Positions 36,503 to 48,838 of a stretch of DNA of 64,000 bases are shown piece by piece (position 1 is the stretch's first letter; each line of letters begins with the position of its first letter). The DNA comes from Camelus ferus (taxonomy: Eukaryota). The translations under genes were made by a program, and so were the position numbers. Below the pieces are notes generated by a model. It had not been told where the DNA came from. It searched no databases and was given only the letters and a program-made list of their open reading frames with translations. The stretch lies in the NCBI RefSeq assembly GCF_009834535.1, contig NC_045697.1:75828001-75892000 (forward strand), read 5' to 3'.

Positions 36503-39500
36503 AATGAATGAGACCATACCAGAGGAAGAGAGGGTTAAAAGAAAGACACAATTAATTTATGAGACCTAGCTAAAAAGGGGCAAGGGCAGGAGAGAATGAA
36601 CAATGCCAGGTTGGGTGGGTAGGTGGGTGGAGGTGATATAATGTCAAGAAATTAAATTTTAAAAAATGGATTTTAAAAGCACAAAAGAAAACAGGAAATG
36701 TTTTTATAAACTATTATAGTTGATTACTTTCTTCTGAATCTTAGAGAATTTGATATTAAATACTGAATGCAGACTAAGGAGTCATCAAAATTTAAGAGGA
36801 TGTTTTAAAGATATAAGAAATGAGTTAATGACATGAAAGTACTCTGGATTCTTTTCAATAACAACATTAGTATAAAAGCAAGATGTTATTTCATGTTAAA
36901 TTTATAGATTGCATATATGATACTATTTTAATGGCCACTGTCTGAAAACACGCCTAAGATTAGAAGGGTTGAAGAAACTAAATCAAAGATGTCCATCTAT
37001 TACTCATCTTTTATGTCTGTTTATTTCTGATAATATTTAACTACTAGAAAGTTGTAAAGATGATTTATATAGTATTTACTACATGTCTGAGGTCATTGAC
37101 TGAATACTTTCATATAGAAAGCACAACACTGTGTAATTATTACCTCCCCTTCACTACAGAAAAGGCTTAGGTAAACAGGCAGACTTTGTACCTTTCTCGT
37201 TAGATATTTTAGTTTGAGCTAACTCTGAAAAATCAGGTCTGCATAAAGTTAGCATGTCCTTCAGCAAATTCATCCTTCTTCACATTTTAAATTAGAGGGG
37301 AAAAAGTCTGTTTTTGGAGTAAGGCAATATAATCATATACAGTGCCCTAAGAAACTGTATGGGGGGAGGATGTGAGTGTGTGTGTAGGGGTGTGTGTGTA
37401 CATTCCAATTGGTATACAGCCAGGGAAACAACTGGAGAGGCAGCCAATGAAGACACTGAGTGTGGCCTAGGAGGCTAGCAGGCTGTCCAGATGTGTCCTA
37501 CAGGGAATCATTTTCCTGCTATGGGCACCAGTCTGTGAAGTCCAGCCTTTTGTTTGGTGGGCTTAAAATTCAGCTTTGCCAGAATAGCAAGGTGGCTGGC
37601 CTTCTAGAGACAGACTCACAAGAAATGAAATCACAGAACACAGTAAACATCAGAATACAACTATTAAGCTTATTAGGGAATTCTCTTCCTCTTGACTAGA
37701 ATCTAGACCAGCGACTGTCAAACAGGGAAGGAGGCTGGAATGGGATGGTGGGGGATGACCCTCCCTATTGAGAAGTCACCCCAGTTTCTCTGGGACTGTC
37801 TAAACCTACTTAAATCTCACTATCCTCCCTTCCCTCCTCCTTCTTCCCCAACCCTAGGGAACCTTGTAATTCTGAGAGCCCTTCCAGGATGGCACAGTCC
37901 CTGATTGAAAATTATGGCTAATATTTCTCTAGAAAGAGTGTAATTTGCTCAACTATATATTAAAAAAATAGAGAATCATAGCCTTAGGCTAAAATTTTCC
38001 GAATTTTTCTCAGCATAGGAAACTCAGGCACGCACTTAAAGTGGTGCCTGGAGTCCCTCCCCTGAAGATTTATTAAGTCAAGGGTGAGCCCCACACAATG
38101 ATGATTCTTATGCAACTGGCAAGCTGGGGCAGTGTTGCTCCAGGCTAATCTATCTGGGAATCAAATCATTGTCATGAAGGCCTCCTTTTTGCTGCTGCTA
38201 AATTTTCCAAGGCACCTGTTCCCACTACCCTCCAAGAGACTCAGAACTATATCCTCCATTTCTCATGTGGTCCCAATACCTACCCCTTTATGGTAGAAGT
38301 GAGAGACAAGTGGTAATAACAAAACTATCTCAACATTAGCCAGTCAAGCATATACAGAGACCCCAGAGGTTAGACCAGCTCTTACTTCTGGTTCAAGTGC
38401 TCTATTTCAATCAACCAGATTCCCCCAAATGATAGGTACTTGGTACTATTCTCTCTAGCCCAGTGAGTTTACTGCTCCATTCACAGCTGTATAGTATCTT
38501 GATTGACTCACGGCTTCCTATCTTGATCAGCAAAGCATGGCTCCCTCAACCTCCATCCCTACCAGAACTCTCTCTCTTCTCCAAGAGTGCTCAGTACATT
38601 TAAACCAATTTTCTCCTGCCTGTTCCCCAAATATGGCCCTGATTTGTTGTTCATTATCAAGTCCATATAAATGTAGGTGGTTAGGGGAAAGTCAGCGATT
38701 CTTGGAACCTGGGGGAGGAAAACAGGAGGAACAGCGATCCTCGTAGTAGTTTGGCTTCTGAATGGACCAGCTAATATAAAATAAGAACATTGCACTAAGA
38801 TTAATCTCCTCTTGATGTATCTCTTGAACTTTACTATGCCAAATATGTCTGCATTCCAGCCTTGAGTTACATTACACAACTCTACTTTCTATTTACCCTG
38901 GCTTTGGCACAGAGTCAGGCTACCAGCTCCAGAAAAGGTAGGAGTAGGTTTAGGGAGAAAACTGCCCTCACCTCACTCACATGCCTATTCCAGCTTCATA
39001 CACTTATTTCCATAATACTCTGTGATTTATTTCCCCTGATCTCCCTGATTCTACCCATCACTCCCTAACCCTTCTCTTATATCCTCTGAAATCCCTACTT
39101 TTGATCACAAACTCTCCTATATGCTCAATCGCATCTCTGAATATTCCCTATATTTTTTTGGCCTTAACTGAAATCTGGGCACACACTTTGTCTGCAGCCT
39201 GCCAAGGACGTCTGATTGTCTTCTCATACTCTATGTACTTGGAGTTGAAAGGTGAAGTCTGTGTCTCTTTGATTTCTAGAGCTACTTCTAGATGGAGATT
39301 ATGCCAGGCTTTTGAGATACGCCCCGCTCCTTTGTGGCATTCATGTCTTCTAGGCCATTATTTTTCTCTCATCCTTCCAACTCATCGTTAATTATTTGGC
39401 ACCTGATTTACTGTCTTCCCTATCTCTATTCTGGCCATCTGTCTGGGTAACTTCAGCATCCATGAGAATTACTCTTCCAATGCCCCAAACTCTGAAGTGA

Positions 39501-40050
39501 CCTCTTTCTTTTCGCCTTCCTTTCACATCACTCATCCACTCACAGCCACATGCTAGGCCCTACCACTGCCCCAAACTGCTCAGATAAATAGTTCATAAAT
39601 CTCACCTCCTGATCTCCATGCATCCAAATTTTTCCATTTATTGCTCCCAGTTTACATGTTCTGCAATGTCTCTGAGATCTCTAGGCCATGGATCCTTTTA
39701 CTTTTCCCTTGTCCATCAGTCCTTCCTCCATTTGTTTGTCTCCCTGACCATCTTTTATTTCCTAGTCCATCATTTCATTGACATGATCCTAGACCATCTC
39801 CCTCCTTGGCCTGTCTGTTTCACCACTACCCCCCATTCTCTGTGCTGTGCCCAGGAGGCTGAGTGCTGCCAGAGAAAGTCACTTTTGGTATCACTATGGT
39901 CCCAACTTCAATTCAGTCTTCAGTGCCATCTGTCACATTTACAGGGTTTCTCTAGTTGGTTCATGTTCTTACTCTCCAGGCGGCTACTTCAAACTTTCTA
40001 TTCTTTCTAAAACCTCTTCCACTTCCTGTTCTCAGTTGATGATGTCACTT

Positions 40051-40582
40051 TGTGGTCAGCAGAATGGAGCCCCCCCCCAAAGATGTCCATGCCCTAATCC
40101 CTGGAAACTGTGAGTATGTTACATTACGTGGCAAAAGGGAATTTGCAAATGTAATTAAGACTATGGATGGGCTTTACAATAGAGTATCCTGAATGATCCA
40201 GGGGGGCTCAATTTAATCACACGAGTCTTTAAAACAGAGAACTCTCTCCAGCTGAGGCAAACAGATGTGGCAGTCGAAGAAGTCAGAAAGCTCCTGATTG
40301 TGAGAAGGATTCAACATGGCGTTGCTGGCTCTGGAACAGATGCCTCTGCTGCTGACAGCTGGCGGGGAAATAGAAACCTTGGTTCTGCAACTGGAAAGAA
40401 CTAGATTCTGCTAAGAACCTGAAGGAGTTTGGAAGCATGTCCGAGCCTGCCGATAAGAGCCCAGCTAGCTGCACCCTGGTTTCAGCCTCCTGAAACCTGG
40501 AGATGAGAAACCAGCAGACCCGCAGAACTGTGAGCAGTAAGTTTGTGATCATTTGTTGCAGCAACAGTGGAAAACTAATACA
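40051..40582 (+). mobile_element. MaLR solo LTR (MLT1D/E-like), complete
   Basis: TGTGGTCAGCAGAAT...CCCCAAAGATGTCCATGCCCTAATCCCTGGAA...TTGCAGCAACAGTGGAAAACTAATACA; TG...CA termini. Confidence 0.9.
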
Positions 40583-41370
40583 CCCCTCCTAACACACAGA
40601 AAAACGGAAGCATTGAAAGGAGTGATTTCAACATTCTACCAGCAGCCCACACACATAACTGCATCACTCCCATGCTTCTCTTTTTTCCTTTTTCCCTCTT
40701 GTTGTATCCAATTACCTGTTCTTTCTCATCTCTCCGGCTATTCCTTCCACCTGTATTCTGCCATCTCCCCTTGATGTCTCCTGAGCTATCTCTGTTGATC
40801 ATCCTCCCCATTGTCTCTCTCCTCATCCCTTCTACTGATTCCTTCCCACTACCATTCAGCCAGTTGTAGAACATTTTCATCATCCCCAAAAGAAGCCCTG
40901 TACTTACTAGTCAGTCCTTACTTCCCACCAACCCTGAATTGTATTTTACAAATTTATTCTGGTAACACTTTAGCACCCCTTATAGATCAGCCCTCTAGGA
41001 ACCCAGCTGCTCCTCCCTCCCAGTCAACCAGGATTCCTTCGCATCAGAGCATAACCAGACTCCCTCCCATTAAGGCTAACAAAGACCTCTATGTTACCAA
41101 GTCCAGTGGATTTTTACATCTTTATTTGACCTGCTCTCTCAGGAGTATTTGGTATGGATAGCCATTCCACCTTTCTCAAAAAGTCTTTCCTTGTTTTCCT
41201 GGATACTACACTCTCCTGGTGTTCTTCCTATTGCTCTAGTTATGTATTTGCAGCATCATCTGCAGTGTTCTTCTCATCAAACCTATAATATAGGGCTCTC
41301 TCTTGGACGTCTCTTCTTTTCACTCTGTACTCTCTTTCCAGGCCATCTCATTTTTAACTATGGCTTGCTT

Positions 41371-44300
41371 TTTTAAATTGAGGTATAATTGATTTATAAT
41401 ATTGTATTAGTCTCAGGTGTACAACATACTGATTCACTATTTTTATAGATTATACCCCATATATAGTTATTATAAAATATTGGCTGTGCTGTATATTCCC
41501 TGTGCTGTATAATATACCCTTGTTGCTTATTTATTTTATACACAGTAGTTTGTGTCTTTTAATCCCCTATTCCTATCTTGTCCCTCTCCCTCCCTTCTCC
41601 CCACTGGTAACCACTAGTTTGTTCTCTGTATCTCTGACACTGTTTCCGTTTTGTTATATTCATTAGTTTGCTTTATTTTTAGATTCTACATATAAGTGAT
41701 AACATAGTATTTGTCTCTCTCTGTCCAACTTGTTTTACTAAGCATAATACTCTCCATGGCCAGCCATGTTGTAAATGGCTAAAGTTCATTCCTTTTTATA
41801 GCTGAGTGGTATCCCATTGTATATGTACATCATATCTTCTTTATCCCTTTGTCTGTTGATGGACACTTAAGTTGTTTCCATTATCTTGGCTATTGTAAAT
41901 GAGTCTTCTATGAACACTGAGGTGCATGTATCATTTAAAATTAATGTTTTCATTTTCTTCAGATATATGCCCAGGAGTGAAATTGCTGGATCATATAGTA
42001 GTTCCATTTTTAGTTTTTTAGGAATCCTTCATACTATTTTCCACAGTGGCTGCGCCAATTTACATTCCTACCAACAGTGTCCTTTTTCTCCACATCCTCA
42101 CGAACGTTTGTTATGTATGATCTTTCTGACCATAGCCATTCTGAGGTGATATTTCACTGTGGTTTCAATTTGCATTTCTCAAATGATTAGTGATTTTGAG
42201 AATTGTTTCATGTGCCTGTTGAGCATATGTATATCTTCTTCGGAAAAATGTCTGTTCAGGTCTTCTGCCCATTTTTTAATTGGGTTGTTTGTTTTTTTGA
42301 TATTAAGTACTATGAGCTGCTTAGATATTTTGGATATTAACCCCCCAAAATATTTTCAAATATTTTCTCCCATTCAGTAAGTTGTCCTTTGGTTTTGTCA
42401 ATTGTTTCCTTTGCTGTGCAAAAGCTTTAATGTTAAGTAGGTCCCATTTGTTTACTTTTGCTTTTGTTTCATTTCCTTTAGGTGACAGATCAAAAAAAAT
42501 ATTGCTACCATTTATGAAAAAGAATGTTCTGCCTATGTTTTCCTCTAGGCATTTTGTGGTTCCTGGTCTTACATTTAGGTCTTTAATCCATTTTGAGTTT
42601 ATTTTTATATATGCTGTGAGAAAATATTCTAATTTCATTCTTTTACATGCAGCTGTCCAGTTTTCCCAGTGTCACTTATTGAAGAAATTCCTTCCTCCAT
42701 TATATATTTTCCCGCCTTTGTCTTAGATTAATTGACCGTAAGTGTGTGGGTTTCTTTCTGTGCTCTCTATTCTGCTTCATTAGTCTATATGTCTATTTTT
42801 GTACCACTACCATACTGCTCTGATTAGTGTAGTTTGTAGTATGGTCTGAAGTCAGGACGTGTAATTCCTCCAGCTGTTTTTCTTTCTCAAGATTGTTTTG
42901 GATATTCGGGGTTTTTTGTGTTTCCATACAAATTTTAAGATAATTTATTCCAGACTTCTGAAAAATGCCATTGGCATTTTGATAGGGGTTGCATTGAATC
43001 TGCAGATTGCCTTCGGAGTATTGTCATTTTAACAAAATTAATTCTTCCAATCCAAGAACACAGTATATCGTTCCATCTGTTTGTGTTATCTTCAGTTTCT
43101 TTCATCAGTCTCATAGTTTTCCTAGTACAGGTCTTTTACATCCTTAGGTAGGTTTATTCCTAGGCATTTTATTCTTTTTGATGCGATGGTATTTGGGATT
43201 GTTTCCTTAATTTTTCTTTCTGATAGTTTGCTGTTAATGTTAGAAATGCAACAGATTTCTGTATATTAATTTTGTGTCCTGCAGCTTTACTGAATTCATT
43301 GATGAGCTCTAGTGGTTTTTTGATGGCTAGTAGTTTCTTGAGGATTTTCTATGTATAGTATCATGTCATCTGCAAACAGTGACAGTTTTACTTCTTCCTT
43401 TCCAATTTGGATTTCTTTTATGTATTTTTTCTTATCTGATTGCTGTGACTAGGACTTCCAATACTATGTTGATTAAAATAGCAAGAGTTGTCATTCTTGT
43501 CTTGTTCCTGATTTTAGAGGAAATGCTTTCAACATTTCACCATTGAGTATGATGTTGTCTATTGTGGCCTTTATTATGTTGAGGTATGTTCCCTTTATAC
43601 CCACTTTGTGTAGAGTTTTTATCATAAGTGGTTGTAGAATTTTGTCAAAAGCTTTTTCTACATCTATTAAGATGATTATATGATTTTTATTCTTCAGTTT
43701 GTTAATGTGGTGTATTGCACTGATTGATTTGCAGATCTTGAAAAACGCTTGCATCCCTGGGATAAATCCCAGTTGATCCTAGTGTATGATCCTTTTAATG
43801 AATTGTTGGAGTAAGTTTGCTTGTATTTTCTTGGGGATTTTTACATCTATATACATTAGTGATATTGGCCTGTAATTTTCTATTTTTTTTTTTTGTATCT
43901 TTGTCTGCTATCAGGGTGATGCTGGTCTTATCAAATAAGTTTATATTTATTTATATTATATCATATCTATTTGGTTTAATGTGTCATGTAAGACCAATGT
44001 TTCCTTATTGATTTTCTGTCTGGATAATCTATCTGTTGATGTAAGTGGGGTGTTAACTTCCCTTCCTATTATTGTGTTGCCGTCCATTTCTCCCTTTATT
44101 CCTGTTAATATTTGCTTTATGTATTCAGGTGCTCCTGTGTTTAATTATATATATTTACAATTATTGTGTTCTCCTCTTGGATTCATCCCTTGATCATTAT
44201 GTAATGTCTTTGTCTCTTGTTATAGTCTTTGTTTAAAAGTTTATTTTGTCTGAAATAAGTATCGTTTAAAAGTCTATTTTGTCTGAAATAAGTATGGTTC

Positions 44301-47022
44301 CCCTGGCTTCCTTTTGATTTCCATTTGCATGGAATATCTTTTCCCATCCCCTCATTTTCTGTCTGTGTGCATCTTTAGATCTAAAGTGAGCCTCTTGTAG
44401 GCAACATGTAAATGGGTCTTATGTTTTTTTTTAATCCATTCAGCCACCCTATGTCTTTTGACTAGAGCATCAAGTCTATTTACATTTAAAGTGATTATTG
44501 ATAGGTTGTACTTAGTTAATGCAATTTAGTTAATTGTTTTCTAGTTGTTTTTGTACTTCTTCTCTTTCCTATTCTCTTGCTCTCTTCATTTATGATTTGA
44601 TGGCTTTCTTTAGTGTTATGTTTGAATTCCTTTCTCTTTACTTTTTATGTCTCTACATTTGGTTTTGGTTCATGGTCACCGTGAGGTTTATATATAGCAA
44701 TCTATATATACATGATAATTTTAAGTTGCTGATCTCTTAATTTCAAGTGCATTTTAACAACCCTGCATTTTTACTCTCTTCCTAGCATGATTACTGTTAT
44801 TGACATCATATTTTACATCCTTTTGTTTTTTGTATCCCTGAACTACTTATTGCAGATATAAACAATTTTACACTTTTGTCTTTTAATCTTCCTGCTAGCT
44901 TTGTACGTGGTTGATTTACTACCTTGACCATATATTTGCCTTTACAATGAGCTTTTTGTATTTGTAATTTTCATATTTCTAGTTGTGGCCTTTTCTTTTT
45001 CACTTAGAGAAGTCCCTTTAATATTTCTTGTAAAGCTAGTTTGGTGGTGCTGAACTCTTAGCTTTTGCTTATCTACAAAACGTTTGATCTTTCCATCAAA
45101 TCTAAATGAAAGTCTTACTCAGTGGATTATTCTTGGCTGTAGGTTTTTCCCTTTCATCACTTTAAATATATTGTTCTCCTCTTTCTGGCCTGAAGCATTT
45201 CTGCTGTAAAGTCAGCTGATAGCCTGATAGGAGTTCCTGTGTATGTAACTTACTAATTTTCCCTTGCTGCTTTTAACAGTCTCTCTTTATCTTTAATTTT
45301 TGCCATCTTAATTACAAATTATCTTTGTATGTTCCTCCTTGGATTGATCCTGTTTTGGACTCCTTGTGCTTCCTAAATCTGGATTTCTGTTTCCTATCTC
45401 AGGTTAGGGAAGTTTTCAGCCATTATGTCTTCGAATATGTTCTCAGCGTCTTTCTCTCTCTCCTCTTTCTAGGACCCCTATAATACAAGTGTTAGTATGC
45501 TTGATGTCCCAGAAGTCTCTTAAACTGTCCTTATTTCCTTTTATTCTTTTTCCTTTTTTTCTGTTCAGTAACAGTGATTTCCACAACTCTGTTTTCCAGC
45601 ACACTAATCCATTCCTCTGTATCATTTAATCAACTGCTGATTCCATGTAGTATATTTTTCATTTCAGTTATTGCATTCTTCATCTCCAGTTCTTCTTCTT
45701 TAACTTACTGTTGATTCCTTCCAGTGCATTTTTCTTTTCAGTTATTGTATTCTCCATCTCTGGTTCTTCTTTTTATTTTCTAACTCTTTGTTAAAAGCTT
45801 CTAATTTTTCACTCTGTTCACCCATTTTTCTCCTGAATTCTTTGATCATCTTTACAATCATTACCTTGAACTCTTTATCAGGTAGGTTGCCTATCTCCAT
45901 TTCACTTAGTTCTTCTTCTGGGGTTTTATCTTGAAACATTGTCCTCTGTCACCTCATTTGTCCAAGTTACTGTTTTATTTCTATGTATCTGGTAGGTTGG
46001 TTACATTTCCAGACATTGGAGTAGTGGCTGTTTGTAGGAGATATTCTATGCATCCTCATAGTGCACTCCCCTCTGGTTACCAGAGCTACATGCTCTAGGG
46101 GTATTCCCTAAGTTACACTGCATAGTTCTTCTGTTGTGATGAGCTGATTACTATGAGTGGTTTCATGGGCGTGGCTGGCTCCCCAGTCTGGTTGGTTGCT
46201 GGCCTTGACTTGTGTGGAGGCTGATAGCCACTAGTTGACAGAGCCAGGTCATGAGGCAGCTGGCTGCAGAAACCTGGGCTGTCCCAGGACTAGTGCTGCA
46301 CACAGTGAGCAGAGCTAGGTTCTGTGGTAGGTAGTTGTGGGGCTGGCCTTCCCAGAAATAGTATTGGCCTGCTGGTGGATGAGACCAGTTCTTGACACAA
46401 CTTACTGCAGGTTCTGGGGTTTCCAAAGCTGGTGCTGGCCTGTGGTGGATGGGGTTGGAGCCCAGGTTGGTTGAGGAGTCCAAGTATCTCTGAGCTGGTG
46501 TTAGCCTGCTGATGGGTGGGCCCAGGACTCAGGAGGGTCCCAGGACTAGTGCTGGCTCACTGGTGTGTGGAGCCAGGTCCTGGTGTCTCTAGCTGCAGAG
46601 CCCTGGGGGGACCAAAGCTGGTGTCATTCTGCTGGTGGGTGGGGCTAGATTCTGGGGCTACTGGTATCCCAAGGTGTCCCGGAGCTGGTGGGCATGGCCA
46701 GTACCGGGGGATTCCCAGAACTGGTGTGTTGGCTAGGTCCTGACAAGGTAGGCTACAGTGTCTGCTCACGTCAGGGTCTAAGAGATCCCGGGGCTGGTGT
46801 GTCACCCACCTGGGTGTATGGGTCTTGTCTAAATTGTGACTCCACCCCTCCTACCCATCTCTTTGTGGTTTCTTCTTTATATCTCTAGTTACAGGAGATC
46901 TTTTCTGGTAGAATCTGGTCTTTCTCATCAATAGTTGCTCTCTAAATATCTGTAATTTTGGTGTGCCTGTGAGAGGAGGTAAGCTCAGAGTCTTCCTACT
47001 CTACCATCTTGGCCAAGCTCTC
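41371..47022 (-). mobile_element. L1 retaining both ends (5'UTR, ORF1, ORF2, 3'UTR), decayed, with internal ORF2 deletion
   Basis: 5' start GGAGAGCTTGGCCAAGATGG (YY1-type motif); ORF1 remnant (track 45742-45939 EMEIGNLPDKEFKVMIVKM); RT remnant (43491-43754 [26 protein letters not shown]); ORF2 C-terminal remnant (42321-42638 KINSKWIKDLNVRP); imperfect TSD CTATGGCTTGCTT 41358-41370 / CTAAGGCTTTCTT 47023-47035. Confidence 0.95.
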
Positions 47023-48029
47023 CTAAGGCTTTCTTATCTATATGTTGACTATTCTCAAATGTATATATCCAGTTCCTTGGCTCTTTTCTGAGTCCCTGGC
47101 TACTATTGTCAGCTGCCCACTTGACATCTCCAGTTATACATCTCATATCTCAAAGTCAGTATGTTTAAATAAAATTCATGATCATCTTTCATAAACATGT
47201 TCTTATCTTGGCATTCCCTGTCTTGGTAAAGGGCACTACCATCCACCGAAGTGCTCAAGTAAACAAAAAAAGCAAGAGTCATCTTTGGCCCCATCCCCAT
47301 ATCCAATTGATCTGCAGGTTCTGTCCATTATACTTCAAATCTGCTCTAATTCCTACATTCCCATCACAACTCTCCTAATGCAGATCACTGCCATTTCACA
47401 CCTGGACTGCTGCAGAACTGCTTATTACTCTCCCTGCACCCTCTCCATTTTCCTCTATCCAGAAATAACATGGCCAGTAATGTTAGCAAAATGTGGCAAA
47501 TAGTACATTTCATTTACTTTTCTGAATACCCAAAACACTTTCATCTAATATAGAATATTTGTACATATAGTATAGTAGTACTAACTAAAAAAAGATAGCC
47601 CAATGGTCTTCATTAACAGAGAATGTGAAAATATTAAACTAAATTACTCCCCAATCAAGAACTAGGCTCCCAGATTTCAGAGAGACTAAGTTCAATGCAC
47701 ACACATACATGCACAAGCACATTGGGGGGGGGGGGCACACCATGCAGCCTCTAAAATGATAATTTTGAGGAAAGAGCATCTGATATTATGATAAATTTTT
47801 AAAAATTAGAATAAGAATCATTTGCCTGACGTTGTTGAAATGATCTTAAACAACAGAAATCTAAGGGAAGGAGACCAGACATCAAAATGTTAAACAGTGG
47901 TTATATTTTTTTCTTCATTTTCCAATTGCTCTATATATAGTAGTATTACTTTATATTTTTTGATAAAGTGTAAAACATGTTTTAAAAACCAAAGTAGAGT
48001 GTTGTTATATCAAAAGAGTTGTATCAGTG

Positions 48030-48295
48030 TAGATGCAATTTAAGGAATTGTGGCCCAAAGCATGAACTTTGGTGCCAGAAGACCCTGGTTTTAAGCCCCT
48101 ATGATGTCACTTATTTGAATGTGATCTCTGGAAGACGACAATCTCTCTTGCCTTTGGTTACCTCATATGTAGAGGAGGGCATTAGGAGTCTACCTCAGAC
48201 TGTTGCTGAAAGGATTAAATGAGATAATAGAGATATGAAACAATTTGTATAGTCCCTGGTATACGGTATGTACATGGTAAGTGGTAGATGTTTGC
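48030..48295 (+). mobile_element. MIR SINE
   Basis: AAGAGCATGAACTTTGGTGCCAGAAGACCCTGGTTTTAAGCCC-like head, CTACCTCAGACTGTTGCTGAAAGGATTAAATGAGATAAT. Confidence 0.75.
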
Positions 48296-48539
48296 ACTTT
48301 GGATGGGCCTGGCACCCGGTGAGTATCTGAAACCCCAAATCCAGAGGATAAGCAGCCTTAATCTCTAGTTGTTCTGGGTGTTACTATCTTTCCAGCTAGA
48401 CAGTAAACTCTGTTATGCCATGGATTCATCTGAGTTCTAATATTGCCTGTGTTGTTGTTTTTAATTTCAAAAGTAATACAGGCTCATTGAAAAATAGTCC
48501 AGAAATACCAGTTTCCCCCTCACATTCTTCCCTTCTATA

Positions 48540-48838
48540 CAGTTGCCTGAAATTGGTTCCATGATTCTGGGAGATAGGGAAATCCATGGATGTTCAAATC
48601 CCTTATATAAAATGGAGAAGTATTTGTATATACCCTATGCCCACCCTCCCATAGACTTTAAATCATCTCTAGATTACTTATGATATTTAATGCACTGTAA
48701 TTGCTATGTAAATAATTGCTGGTGCTGTGAATTCAGTATTTGCTTTTTGGAACTTTCTGGAATCTTTTTCTTAATACTTTCTATCTGCAGTTAGTTGAAT
48801 CCAGGGGTGCAGAATCTGCAGATACAGAGAGCTGACTA
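48540..48838. mobile_element. MER2/MER2B (Tigger2-derived MITE)
   Basis: TA on both sides; AAATCCATGGATGTTCAAATCCCTTATATAAAATGG, ACTTTAAATCATCTCTAGATTACTTAT, GTTGAATCC...GATACAGAGAGCTGAC. Confidence 0.88.

Larger units (their letters stand above)
39060..47500 (+). mobile_element. Long, decayed L2 interrupted by an MLT1 LTR (40051-40582) and an L1 (41371-47022)
   Basis: L2 endonuclease-like LALTEIW at ~39160 and GGTAACTTCAGCATCCATG; RT region CTCTATGTTACCAAGTCCAGTGG; L2 resumes after the L1 with TCTATATGTTGACTATTCTCAAAT (YADD region). Confidence 0.75.

Noticed and set aside
41371..47022. Active or coding-competent L1
   Set aside because: ORF1 and ORF2 are broken into short pieces by stops, frameshifts and an internal deletion.
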